In this document: in pieces, positions 20,682 to 29,785 of the stretch
How positions within the stretch are numbered: the stretch's first letter is position 1
How the letters are laid out: every line of letters begins with the position of its first letter
From: a virus
Lineage: Duplodnaviria; Caudoviricetes
Strand: one strand, 5' to 3'
Length of the DNA: 39,442 nucleotides
IMG/VR virus record: IMGVR_UViG_3300042874_000072
Span: 1-39,442 of that record
Notes under the pieces: model-generated
Database searches by the model: none
What the model saw: the letters and a program-made list of their open reading frames with translations, nothing else
What the model was told of the DNA's origin: nothing
Translations under genes and position numbers: made by a program

Positions 20682-20845
20682 CAGGTATGGGTTTGGTGTG
20701 TGGTTGGCGGTGTAGGGCGCGCGGTAACGTGGTGATTCTACCCGTCCCACGTGGGCGTGGCGGGGTTTTTATTTCACCCTAGGCATAATGGTATTACCCC
20801 AAACGCAAAACGCCGTTAGATTTGGCCTATTGAGATAACAAAAAG

Positions 20846-20881
20846 AAAAGGGACTTAGGTGTAATGCCTGAGTCCCTTTTT
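20846..20881. terminator. bidirectional intrinsic terminator
   Basis: AAAAGGGACTTAGG-TGTAATG-CCTGAGTCCCTTTT at the convergence of the + and - gene blocks. Confidence 0.85.
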
Positions 20882-20891
20882 GTCGCAGATC

Positions 20892-20917
20892 AAAATGTAG
20901 ATTATTTACATTTCTGG
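20892..20917 (+). repeat. dispersed palindromic site, copy 4
   Basis: GCAG-ATC-AAAATGTA-GATTATT-TACATTTCTGG. Confidence 0.92.
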
Positions 20918-21112
20918 CTACCGTTGTTTTATATTCTTGGTCGTTAGTGCTGTTGGTATCTTATCACCTGGCTCGTCGACTACTTTGATAGTGCCGAGGA
21001 ACTTAGATATGAACATGGATGTATCACTGGCGCATGCGGGGCACACTCGGTAAAGCGCCGTGTCGTAGATTTCATCGCAGTTTGCGCAGATTGCAGCGGT
21101 TATGATTTTCAT
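20918..21112 (-). CDS. small zinc-ribbon protein
   Basis: CANC...CPAC; ATGA overlap with the upstream gene. Confidence 0.65.
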   Translation of the reverse strand: MKIITAAICANCDEIYDTALYRVCPACASDTSMFISKFLGTIKVVDEPGDKIPTALTTKNIKQR

Positions 21113-21426
21113 TTGTCTGCCCTTTCTTGTAACTGTGCGCGTAGAATAAAGAGGTAGTTTAGGGCATCACCTAGCTTTTCTTCCCACATTGACAGTGGAT
21201 GGCATATGCCTATTGAAAGCTCGTCGATCATGTCGTTTATGCTGACGAGGTGTTTAACTGCCATGCCCCAGAGAGCAGACTCTGGAGTATCTCCGCGCAG
21301 ACCTGCAGCCTTTTTGAAGTTAGAAAGTCTGTCATCGTCGGCGTATTCTATTCCTTTTGCCACTAGAACTTTTTTACACAACTCCATTCTGTTATTTACG
21401 CAGTTGTCAAAATCTTCTTGTCTCAT
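21109..21426 (-). CDS. MazG-like/nucleotide-modification-associated all-alpha pyrophosphohydrolase
   Basis: KGIEYA..DRLSNF...KH...EEKLGDALNY pattern; AGGAG RBS before ATG 21426. Confidence 0.65.
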   Translation of the reverse strand: MRQEDFDNCVNNRMELCKKVLVAKGIEYADDDRLSNFKKAAGLRGDTPESALWGMAVKHLVSINDMIDELSIGICHPLSMWEEKLGDALNYLFILRAQLQERADK

Positions 21427-22631
21427 TCGTCTTCTCCTTTGTAGTAGTACCATATGCCTGATTGGCCCTCAGGGCCTTTAAAGCGGCGTTCGAATAATCC
21501 TGTTTTAGTTGCTGTAGCTATGACGTTTTCGAATTTAGAACTGTCGATGTCACGCCAGACCATCTGCATTACTTGCTTTTCTGATATTACTTTATACCGT
21601 CTTATGATTGCCATTACAGAATCTACTTCTGTGGCTATGTCTGATTTACCAACCGCAGTGAATGTTCTTCCCATAGCAAGCTCTGCTTCTTCTACTATAT
21701 CAAGTGCCCGTTCAAAATACTTCCACTCTAGCGTCATGTTGTTTGACTCGGTTGCTGAAAGGGCTTGAGCTATTTTTTGAAGAAACATAGGCTTTCTACT
21801 ATACCAGCCATTGAAGGCCGGGTCAGAACATATTCTACCCGTAGACGTTTCGTCGTACCCTTCGTACCATTGAACCCAGTTTTCTTTACACTCTGACGAG
21901 AATTGAAAGTTTCCAGCCATCCTGGATATTATAGTAAGGTCATGGATTAAATGGCTACGGAGTTGCTTTATCTCCGGTGTTATTGTAGGAATAGCTACCT
22001 TTTTTGTCTTGCAACTGGACCATATAAAAAGTATACGACTTGTAAGGCCGCCGCCTATAGCACTGGGTGGCAGGCATGATGCAAGACTTTCTGGTGTCGT
22101 AGCACCTAGGAGGTTAAGATAAACACTAGGTACTGTGTTAGAGCCACTGTTTTTTGTTCTGTACTTGAATGGTATTTCCTGGCTGTCGTAAAGGTCAGTG
22201 AGAAGGACAAGCATTTTAGTGTTTTCGCCTTTCTGCCCAAGAAACGATTCAAATTCCTTTGAAATTATGTTTAACGAAGCGTGTCGGAACATGGCATTGT
22301 CTGGCATTAAATCATCTACGGCCCCGCCTTCAAGGTCTTGTAGTAAGGCTTCTTTAGTGATTGTGTCTGATGATACCACTATATTTGGCACCTCGTTCAG
22401 GAGGTCAACCCCGTACGAAATACTCTGGCTTTTACGGCTAACGCCAGGTTCTGCTACAAGTACGATGTAAAGGTTAGGAAATATTTTTATTCTGCCGAGA
22501 GACAACCAAACCTTTTTGCGAAGTACACCAGCTAGGAGAGATAGCCCAACCCACTTGTGGAAGATTGGAGCTGATTCTGTTTCTCTAGTGTACTCGCAGT
22601 ATGCGTCAAGCCAGTTATGTAGTTTTCGCAT
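21423..22631 (-). CDS. DUF3987-like P-loop NTPase (putative replicative helicase)
   Basis: NLYIVLVAEPGVSRKS P-loop, IISKEFESFL, LLGATTP and GGGLTSR motifs; adjacent to the polymerase. Confidence 0.7.
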   Translation of the reverse strand: MRKLHNWLDAYCEYTRETESAPIFHKWVGLSLLAGVLRKKVWLSLGRIKIFPNLYIVLVAEPGVSRKSQSISYGVDLLNEVPNIVVSSDTITKEALLQDLEGGAVDDLMPDNAMFRHASLNIISKEFESFLGQKGENTKMLVLLTDLYDSQEIPFKYRTKNSGSNTVPSVYLNLLGATTPESLASCLPPSAIGGGLTSRILFIWSSCKTKKVAIPTITPEIKQLRSHLIHDLTIISRMAGNFQFSSECKENWVQWYEGYDETSTGRICSDPAFNGWYSRKPMFLQKIAQALSATESNNMTLEWKYFERALDIVEEAELAMGRTFTAVGKSDIATEVDSVMAIIRRYKVISEKQVMQMVWRDIDSSKFENVIATATKTGLFERRFKGPEGQSGIWYYYKGEDE

Positions 22632-22634
22632 CTG

Positions 22635-24998
22635 CTACTCCTCTAGATCTCCCCATGTTTTACCCACCTTGAAGTCTACGTCAATCTTAAATGATTCACG
22701 GTTGCAGGTTAGTGGTATTAACATACACTCTAAGAGTGCGGCCTTAGCGTAGTCTACGTTACTTTCCTCAACTGTTACGTAGATGGCATCGTGCAATTGA
22801 AGGGCTATGTTTAGCTTTTCTCCGTACAAGTGGTATAGTTTAACTAACGCTGCGTTGAGTAAGTCACCTACTGTTGACTGCGGTACGAATGAGTATGCAC
22901 TGCGGAATAAGCCATCTCCCCAACGGTCAATAAATCTATGCTTACGACCCAGGAGGTTAGTAAGGGTGCGTGTACGTCTTAGCTCGTTTTGAATTTGCGC
23001 TTGCCATATTTGTAACTGTGGGCAACTGTTATGAAAGCGGTCTAGTAGTTTCTTAGCTTCTTTTGTACTGCAGTTTAGTTTTGTGGCAAGGACTCCCGGG
23101 CCGGCGGAGTAGTTAACGGCATGACGTATTGTCTTTCCTACCCGCCGCATATCAGCTGTTACTGTTTCCACAGGTGTTCCGAACATCATAGCTGCTGTTA
23201 TTTTATGTACATCAAGGTGTCGGGCTTTGCACTCCTCGTCGGATAGGCCAAAAGAGTCTTGGAAAAGTTTCTTAAGTCTGGTGTCGCCAATGAGGTATGA
23301 AACAACTACTGCCTCGGCCTGTTTGTAATCAGCCTGTACGAATACATGACCAGGCGGAGGAACATACATCTTTCTAGCTTCTTTTGGTACGTTTTGTAAG
23401 TTGCCGCTACCATACGGTAGTATGATGGAACTAGAAGAACTCCAACGACCAAATGATTTATACTCGCCTTCGTCGTCTACTGTTAGACCTTTTGTCTCGC
23501 GTAGCATTGTTGCACCAGTTACGTTGTAGCAAGTATGAACGCGGTTGCTAGGACTTGTGCATACGTCAACAAAGGTTAGGAGTTTCGTTATCTTTTTGGC
23601 CTTCATTATAAGTTCTAATACTGGGTTGTTACTGACACGTGATAGCTTTACCAGGGCTTCCTCGTTAGTGGTTATTTTACGTTCTTCAGTTACGCTCTTT
23701 CTACGTTTGTACTGCACAGGTAATGACATGTCTACGTAAAGGAGGTCTTGCATTTGTTTAGGACTGGAAATATTTACATTTTTACCTACGGCTTTGTTGA
23801 TATTTGCTTGAAGTGTGACAAGCTCAGTTGTGTTTGTTTCAATAATCTTTTGTTGCTTTTCTTTATCTATGAGGATGCCATTTAGTTGGAGCATATTAGC
23901 TACTTCGATTTGATCCATTTCAAAGTCATGTGTTTGCCTAACACCAAGGAAATCCATTTCCTTTTCAAGAACCTCCCAGATGCCGTAAGTGTTAGCTGCG
24001 TCGCCGGCATTGTACAGCATTGGGTTGTCATTAGCAGTATGTTTCCACGGTGCTACGTTAAGGCATACGGAACCGAGAAAGCTGAGTGAACGCGGGCATT
24101 CTGGCCAGCATGCATGAGCTGCTATCATGGTGTCATACTTGTAACCATGACAAAAGATACCTGTATTTTCCATAAGCACAGCGGAGTCATATGCTCCGTT
24201 TTGCATGATAGTACCTTTTTGCGAAAGAACTTCTTGGAGCTTCATCCACATAGCGGCTTCTTCACCTGATGAGTAGTTGGCTTTTCTATTGGTCAGGACG
24301 GCGAAAGACACTGCGTGGTTTGGACTATCAGCTATGCCTAGTAGATCAATGTGACTGCCTGGGCTTGTTGTCTCTACGTCGAAAGCTATTTTACCTCTGT
24401 GTTCATGAAGCAGGAAATTTAAATACTCCATGAACTGGGGTAGTTTAAAGTCAATGTCTAAAGTTCTATTGTCTGGTGGTAGTCCAGAGTAATTGCTGTT
24501 TTTAATAGCTTTTCGTACATCCATAACAAACTGGAAGGCCTGTTTCCACTCATGGATTATACCACTTGGGTGATGCGTAGGTATTACTTTTACACCTGGA
24601 ACTAGGGTACATGGGCAGATGTAACCTCTATACGATGCTATGCCTATGTTACCAGTTAAAACATACATAGGAACGTGGCCGAGAGCTATGATTATGTTAG
24701 GTTTGTAGAATTGTATGTCTTGCTGTAACTTTGCAATATACATCTGCATTTTTAACGTAGGCTTTGTACACTTCGGGTCTTCGAAGTAGAAAGCTATCTT
24801 ACCGCCCGGCGGTTTATCCTTAGCTACCATTGTTAAAAGACATTCATGTCTAGATATACCGGCTTCACTAAGAAGCTGATCTAGTAATCTGCCAGATGCG
24901 CCTGAAAAATTTCGGCCTGTGTTCTCGTCCTCTTGACTTACACAGTCTCCGACAATCAGAATTTTTGCGCCTGCAGGTCCTTCAATCATAACTGGCAT
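22635..24998 (-). CDS. polA: family A DNA polymerase with N-terminal uracil-DNA-glycosylase-like domain and 3'-5' exonuclease
   Basis: UDG-like N-terminus (ILIVGD, FSGASGRLL, IIIALG, THHPS); exonuclease motifs FDVET/QNGAYD/YNAGD; polymerase motif A QADYKQAE, motif B RRVGKTIRHAVNY, motif C LQLHDAI. Confidence 0.92.
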   Translation of the reverse strand: MPVMIEGPAGAKILIVGDCVSQEDENTGRNFSGASGRLLDQLLSEAGISRHECLLTMVAKDKPPGGKIAFYFEDPKCTKPTLKMQMYIAKLQQDIQFYKPNIIIALGHVPMYVLTGNIGIASYRGYICPCTLVPGVKVIPTHHPSGIIHEWKQAFQFVMDVRKAIKNSNYSGLPPDNRTLDIDFKLPQFMEYLNFLLHEHRGKIAFDVETTSPGSHIDLLGIADSPNHAVSFAVLTNRKANYSSGEEAAMWMKLQEVLSQKGTIMQNGAYDSAVLMENTGIFCHGYKYDTMIAAHACWPECPRSLSFLGSVCLNVAPWKHTANDNPMLYNAGDAANTYGIWEVLEKEMDFLGVRQTHDFEMDQIEVANMLQLNGILIDKEKQQKIIETNTTELVTLQANINKAVGKNVNISSPKQMQDLLYVDMSLPVQYKRRKSVTEERKITTNEEALVKLSRVSNNPVLELIMKAKKITKLLTFVDVCTSPSNRVHTCYNVTGATMLRETKGLTVDDEGEYKSFGRWSSSSSIILPYGSGNLQNVPKEARKMYVPPPGHVFVQADYKQAEAVVVSYLIGDTRLKKLFQDSFGLSDEECKARHLDVHKITAAMMFGTPVETVTADMRRVGKTIRHAVNYSAGPGVLATKLNCSTKEAKKLLDRFHNSCPQLQIWQAQIQNELRRTRTLTNLLGRKHRFIDRWGDGLFRSAYSFVPQSTVGDLLNAALVKLYHLYGEKLNIALQLHDAIYVTVEESNVDYAKAALLECMLIPLTCNRESFKIDVDFKVGKTWGDLEE

Positions 24999-25001
24999 TG
25001 T

Positions 25002-26342
25002 TTAATCCCTCTTGTGCTCTTTCTCGTACTGGGTCATACGGTTAAGTGCTGTTGCATATGACTCAGTAAGTATGTCACAGCCGATAGATCTTAGTTTCAT
25101 TCTTGTTGCACTCTCTATGAATGCACCACTGCCCATGAATGGGTCATAGACTAATTGACCGGGGAGTGAGATGCGTTCAAGAAGCATTTCGCCAAGACGT
25201 ACTGGCTTTTCTGTCGGATGGGTTTTATCCTTGACAATATCACACTCAACCCAGTCAGCGCGTCCCTCTTGTATGAATCTGCTATCAGCTTTTCTACAAT
25301 ACAGTGCCATTTCGTAGCACGAACTTGGCCATGCGTGCGGAGCGTTGCATTGTCCTGTTGTTCTTTTAATCCATACAATTGGTTTAGGGTAGCACAACCA
25401 GCCAGAGGCAGCAAAAATCTGACGCACTGCCCAGAAGAACTCTGGCCCTAGAAAAACGAAGCCGTGTGCATTGTTTGCTGTGAAACGAAAAGATTCCTTT
25501 GCAAGAGTTTCGTACAGTGGTAAGGCAGTCTGCAAGGAATCGTCGAAAGTAAATCCTGATATGTTGTATCCACCAGTGGTTCCTCCAGCGCTTCCTGCGG
25601 TTTTGTCAATATCTATACCGTATGGCGGGTCAGTTAGTAGTATATCTACACTGTTATCTGGCAACGTCCGCATGTGCGCAGTTGCGTCTGCTTGGTAAAC
25701 ACTCCACAGTGTAGTCATAGCATCTGTTTTTTGTTTATTCTCAGCTACTGTTGCAATAACAGATGTCAAGCGGTCTAGCCCTTTAGCCGCTTTGTCAATT
25801 TCACTTTTCTTCTTTGCGTTTGCAAGTTCAGGAAAACGTGCCACCATATCAGCTAAGTTCATGTCTCTAATAATAGTGGCGTGGGTTTTTCCAAGTAGGG
25901 CTGCTGTATTCTTAAGTGTCCAACCGCCTTCTTTACCACTGGTAGACGCGCCGTACTGCTTTTGTTTTAACTCGTGGATTTCTTTAACGGCAGATACTTC
26001 TTCGGCCGGTGTAAAGGCTTTCCGCTTCAAATTTTCTTCTAGCTCCAGCGTACGAAGAGTTAATGGCTCTACTTCGTCAGTGTAAATGGCTTTAACCTTA
26101 ATGCTGCCCATAAGGCAAGCTGCAAGGCGTCTTCCACCACAGACAAGTTGGTTATCTCTCGTTATGAGTATTGGCTGAATTTGGCCATTGTCCAGGATGG
26201 ACTGAAGTAACTCTTTGACGTCGCCCATTTCCTGGCGAAAGCGTTTTTGGCTATCTGAGAGTTTTACTTCCATAGGGTTTATTTCGTGCAGATACTCTTT
26301 TGGTACATTCGAGATGTCAGTTACTAGATGTTCTTGGCTCAT
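25002..26342 (-). CDS. ParB N-terminal/HTH domain fused to N6A/N4C DNA methyltransferase (beta class)
   Basis: GQIQPI, CGGRRLAA, EENLKR and HTH WTLKNTAALLGKTHATI; then TDPPY, HPTEKP and DPFMGSG. Confidence 0.88.
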   Translation of the reverse strand: MSQEHLVTDISNVPKEYLHEINPMEVKLSDSQKRFRQEMGDVKELLQSILDNGQIQPILITRDNQLVCGGRRLAACLMGSIKVKAIYTDEVEPLTLRTLELEENLKRKAFTPAEEVSAVKEIHELKQKQYGASTSGKEGGWTLKNTAALLGKTHATIIRDMNLADMVARFPELANAKKKSEIDKAAKGLDRLTSVIATVAENKQKTDAMTTLWSVYQADATAHMRTLPDNSVDILLTDPPYGIDIDKTAGSAGGTTGGYNISGFTFDDSLQTALPLYETLAKESFRFTANNAHGFVFLGPEFFWAVRQIFAASGWLCYPKPIVWIKRTTGQCNAPHAWPSSCYEMALYCRKADSRFIQEGRADWVECDIVKDKTHPTEKPVRLGEMLLERISLPGQLVYDPFMGSGAFIESATRMKLRSIGCDILTESYATALNRMTQYEKEHKRD

Positions 26343-26694
26343 CTGTCAGTTCTCCTGTGGTTGGTGAGAAGTATTGAATTGAAAAGCCTACGACTTGAGC
26401 TAGTTCTAGTGCCATAGCAATTTCAGCTTGTACGCCATTTGACTCTTGCCAGCCGGCCGTAGTAAGTACTATTAGCCCATTACAGTTTTGAAGATGCTCA
26501 AGATCGTTTTTAAGATACGTACTGTATGGGATGTCAAAGTACTGCTCGGCTATAACATGCCAGTGGACTATGGGGCTATAAACAGGGATTCCTTTTTTCA
26601 GCAAAAGGGCACAAGTCGCTATAGCTATTTGGTATCTAGCTTCTTCGATGCGCGGGTCGTCAGATGTGTATGGTGACGCAAGATAGTAGAGCAT
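26317..26694 (-). CDS. nucleoside 2-deoxyribosyltransferase-like (DUF1937-like) protein
   Basis: YLASPY, YSPIVHWH and GWQESNGVQAE motifs. Confidence 0.75.
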   Translation of the reverse strand: MLYYLASPYTSDDPRIEEARYQIAIATCALLLKKGIPVYSPIVHWHVIAEQYFDIPYSTYLKNDLEHLQNCNGLIVLTTAGWQESNGVQAEIAMALELAQVVGFSIQYFSPTTGELTDEPRTSSN

Positions 26695-26712
26695 AAATTT
26701 CTTTTCCTTTCT

Positions 26713-26943
26713 TTAAACAAGACCTAGTTTTTGTAACATAGCAAGTTGCTCTAACGACACCGTTACTTTTTTATTTCTTTCCGTTTTCGCTGTTGTTTTT
26801 TCCTTCTTCTGTCTGGCTTTTTTAACATACATGTTAGGTTTTATCATATCTAACTCTCGGCGTGCATTATACTCCGATATGAATACAACACAGGTTTGGT
26901 AGTCAGATGGTAACCTCGGGCGTATGGTGGATAAAGTTGCCAT
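26713..26943 (-). CDS. hypothetical basic protein
   Basis: AAGGA RBS before ATG 26943; ends LAMLQKLGLV. Confidence 0.6.
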   Translation of the reverse strand: MATLSTIRPRLPSDYQTCVVFISEYNARRELDMIKPNMYVKKARQKKEKTTAKTERNKKVTVSLEQLAMLQKLGLV

Positions 26944-26961
26944 TGGTTTTCCTTCCAGTTG

Positions 26962-26986
26962 AAAATGTAAATAATTTACATTTCTG
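26962..26986 (+). repeat. dispersed palindromic site, copy 5
   Basis: CCAG-TTG-AAAATGTA-AATAATT-TACATTTCTG. Confidence 0.92.
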
Positions 26987-26989
26987 AAC

Positions 26990-27022
26990 AAAAAAGGGAG
27001 AACCCTGTGGTAGAGTTCTCCC
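26990..27022 (-). terminator. intrinsic terminator after SSB gene
   Basis: Minus strand GGGAGAAC-TCTACCACAGG-GTTCTCCC-TTTTTT. Confidence 0.8.
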
Positions 27023-27048
27023 AGGTACGGGTTGTATGACAGAAAGTT

Positions 27049-27513
27049 TTAGTTTACTTTAGACATCCTGGATACTTCATTTTTCAGTGTGCCTTGATAT
27101 TCACTAACGGTGACTGCTGCCAGCACGTCGATGCCAATCCACTCGGCATTATCAATAGCTTCTTGTATTACGGTAGGAGTATTCATGTTAATACCCATAG
27201 ATTTTGCAAACTTGGCAAGCTGGTTTACCTTGGACTGAAACTTAGTAGTACGACCTGTGGAGGTTAGTTCAGTTTCATCGCCTGGGCGTGGCAGCCAGTT
27301 ACGGAAAAATAGCGTTGCGCCTTCGACTTCAGTTTCACCGTCAGACATTACAGCGCCATTACCTTGGAGAACAATCTTCCACACGATAGCGCATTTTTCA
27401 GTGTCAAGTGATACGCCAGTGACTGAGGCATAGTAGTTACCTTGGGGGACAAGTGGATCTTCGTGGAAATCGTTTTCGAGGTTGAATGAGGTGTTAAGGT
27501 TATTTTCTGACAT
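27049..27513 (-). CDS. single-stranded DNA-binding protein (DUF669-like OB fold)
   Basis: PLVPQGNY...V..SEYQG..KNEV pattern; near the Sak4-like ATPase. Confidence 0.6.
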   Translation of the reverse strand: MSENNLNTSFNLENDFHEDPLVPQGNYYASVTGVSLDTEKCAIVWKIVLQGNGAVMSDGETEVEGATLFFRNWLPRPGDETELTSTGRTTKFQSKVNQLAKFAKSMGINMNTPTVIQEAIDNAEWIGIDVLAAVTVSEYQGTLKNEVSRMSKVN

Positions 27514-27718
27514 GGTGATTCTCCTTTGGGTTGTTTTTTTGTCTTGTTTTGTTTTGTTGTGGATGGTAGTAGTTACTCTTCATCGTCTTCTTTTTCTTCG
27601 TAGTCCTCGCATAGTCCTCGCATAGTGAATCGCAACCAATAGATATTACAGAGCAAGTGCAAACTTTGTTTTCGTTGTACCAACAGTCTGAAGTGTTGCA
27701 AATAACTTTTGTCGCCAT
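27500..27718 (-). CDS. small Cys-rich protein (DUF1540-like)
   Basis: VICNTSDCWYN...C..SVISI...C. Confidence 0.55.
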   Translation of the reverse strand: MATKVICNTSDCWYNENKVCTCSVISIGCDSLCEDYARTTKKKKTMKSNYYHPQQNKTRQKNNPKENHHVRK

Positions 27719-28456
27719 TTACTTATTCTCCTTTCCGGCCTTTTCTATGGCCTTGATAAGTTCAGCGTAGTCGTTAGGTATTTCAGCAGCTAAAATACTT
27801 TTCTCTCCGGAAATACGACTACGAGCTTTGTAGTGACCTTTTGACACTGTTTGTAGCATAAAGGCTGGTTTTCCATCTTTCATCCTGTTGAAGGCGTAGT
27901 ACACCTCGTCGAAGTATCCAGGAATTTTCATTGAAAGAGCACCTGGGAGTAATGGCTGTGTTCCTATGACTGCGCCAGTCTCTTCATCCTTTATAATCTG
28001 CAGGTGTGCTATTACCACGATGTTGCAGTCAAGTTGCATGATTTGTCTGAGTTTGCCTTCAACAAGGTTTTTAACAATGCCGTAGTGAACGTTCCACAGT
28101 GGGCCGTTTGTAGTACTGCGCTTTGGATCAAGTTGTAATGCTCGTTCCATAGCTAGGTCAGCCATCGTAGAAGTACTATCGATTACTATCGTTTTGTATT
28201 TTCCATCCGCTACTGCCTTTTTTACTTCTAAAAAATCTTTATCGAATTCAAGCCAGCCTTTTGGGTCAATACTATAACTGGTGTAGTCAAAGTCTTTTCC
28301 ACGGTATGAGAGTATTCCTTTGTCAAAGTCAAAAATAAAGGCTGGTGTTGGGAACGTACTGGCGAATATACTTTTACCAGTGCCGTAGTCACCTACGACA
28401 AGGATTTTAAATACCTTGTCATTTACGTGGACGTCCTTTGCACTCATGATAGCCAT
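27719..28456 (-). CDS. AAA_24/Sak4-like ATPase
   Basis: GDYGTGKS Walker A, TIVIDS Walker B, VVIAH, PGYFDEV, AR.R. Confidence 0.8.
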   Translation of the reverse strand: MAIMSAKDVHVNDKVFKILVVGDYGTGKSIFASTFPTPAFIFDFDKGILSYRGKDFDYTSYSIDPKGWLEFDKDFLEVKKAVADGKYKTIVIDSTSTMADLAMERALQLDPKRSTTNGPLWNVHYGIVKNLVEGKLRQIMQLDCNIVVIAHLQIIKDEETGAVIGTQPLLPGALSMKIPGYFDEVYYAFNRMKDGKPAFMLQTVSKGHYKARSRISGEKSILAAEIPNDYAELIKAIEKAGKENK

Positions 28457-28644
28457 CTTGCAGCCTCCTCATCTGTTACTATTTCAAGTTCAACTAAGCG
28501 TATGTCCTCTTCTGAGGTATACCGTTCACCTGAGTATTGACGGTCAAGTGGTATTGCTTCTTTCAACTTGGTTGCGATGTCCACTGCTGTGTCGAGTGGC
28601 AGTAGAAGGTGTTTTATGTTTCCTATGTTTAGGACCGCTTTCAT
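28444..28644 (-). CDS. hypothetical protein
   Basis: 66-aa ORF coupled to its neighbours; GAGG RBS. Confidence 0.55.
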   Translation of the reverse strand: MKAVLNIGNIKHLLLPLDTAVDIATKLKEAIPLDRQYSGERYTSEEDIRLVELEIVTDEEAARWLS

Positions 28645-29660
28645 AGTATCACCTCACTATCCTTACCTGGGTTCCATTCTACGTCATCTATGTAGTAGGA
28701 AGAAGTAAGATAAAGGTCGTCAAAATTACTCTGTTGTTCGCAAAGTTGTAAGTATTGACAAGGCCCGAACTGGAAACAGTTATCGTGATTCATTGGGTAG
28801 CTGCTGGTTTCTTTTGCCGTAGCCATTTCATTTGCTACGTCTATGAATGAGGCTCTCCACTGAGCTAAGTCATTATCACTGAATATCTGCGGGTTCCGTC
28901 TGAAGTCAATCTTCGGTTCGCCGTAGTTACCACTGGTTTTTGATTTGTATGCACTGAGGTGATGTATTGTCACCAGTGCACCTTCTATCACGCTTTCATC
29001 GCCAGTGTATATTTTAGACCCTGCGTATGTGTAACCCATTACCTGCGCGCTGCGATGTAATCGTTCTACCTGGGTTGATAATGGTTGCCCAGTTGTCTTA
29101 TGCTCCATTATCCAGCGACGGCCATTAAGTTCTGCTACAAGGTCAATCTTTCCAGTGAAGTAAAACGGTTTAAATATGACATCGTTCTGTTCTGGCCGCA
29201 TTAGTATTTTAAACTCTTGCTCGCTTTGAATTACTGTAAGCATGTGCTCGTCAGAGCTGAAATGTGACACATACTGAAGTAACGATTTTATACAGTTTTC
29301 AAGTGTTCTGTAATCATGGTAGTAAGAACCCCGCGCTGTTTCTTCGTCCCATGTTTTGTGCATAGCCATAATAGCGCGTTGGATAGCTGAGCCGTCACGA
29401 GTCCAACCTTTTTCCTGTATATCTTTGTAAAATTCCTCAAGACCGCTGTGCCATGTTTGGCCATACCGAAGTGCGGTGGAGTTAGACGTTGGCTTGATTC
29501 GTTTTTCATAGAGAAGGAAGTATTTTCTTTTACAGGTTTTCCAGCAAGAACGCTTTGAGTTGTCCAGGCATAGGTGCGAAGCTGGTTCACTGCAAGGCGG
29601 AGTGTTATGGCTGGGGCTGGGGACACGGCTGTGGTTAGAGATAGAATCTTGGTAGGACAT
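28641..29660 (-). CDS. PD-(D/E)XK exonuclease (RecB/Cas4-like, probable Fe-S)
   Basis: CKRKY, G..WH, GKID...EHKT, QVMGY and C-terminal C....C.....C; AAGGAG RBS before ATG 29660. Confidence 0.82.
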   Translation of the reverse strand: MSYQDSISNHSRVPSPSHNTPPCSEPASHLCLDNSKRSCWKTCKRKYFLLYEKRIKPTSNSTALRYGQTWHSGLEEFYKDIQEKGWTRDGSAIQRAIMAMHKTWDEETARGSYYHDYRTLENCIKSLLQYVSHFSSDEHMLTVIQSEQEFKILMRPEQNDVIFKPFYFTGKIDLVAELNGRRWIMEHKTTGQPLSTQVERLHRSAQVMGYTYAGSKIYTGDESVIEGALVTIHHLSAYKSKTSGNYGEPKIDFRRNPQIFSDNDLAQWRASFIDVANEMATAKETSSYPMNHDNCFQFGPCQYLQLCEQQSNFDDLYLTSSYYIDDVEWNPGKDSEVIL

Positions 29661-29785
29661 TTTGATACTCCTTTGGGCGTATGGCCAGTTAGTAAAGTGC
29701 CTGTCTCTCCAGGCTGTCACGTCTTGTTACGCTGTTGGCTATAACGGCCTACTTGTTCCCGGCGTTCGGAAGTCCTTGCAGTGGA

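Noticed and set aside
23770-23783. Half-site ATTTACATTTT inside polA
   Set aside because: Coding, opposite polarity, no second arm; probably chance
22635-24998. Z-genome (DpoZ/PurZ) system
   Set aside because: No PurZ-like synthetase is visible in the window
26944-26991. Extended start of ORF 26713..26991
   Set aside because: It runs through the palindromic site; the RBS supports ATG 26943
28641-29660. Cas4 as part of a CRISPR system
   Set aside because: No cas1 or array; the nuclease-Sak4-SSB context indicates a phage recombination module
29741-29750. ATAACGGCCT matching the end of attC-like site 1
   Set aside because: No partner core or L-box hairpin nearby
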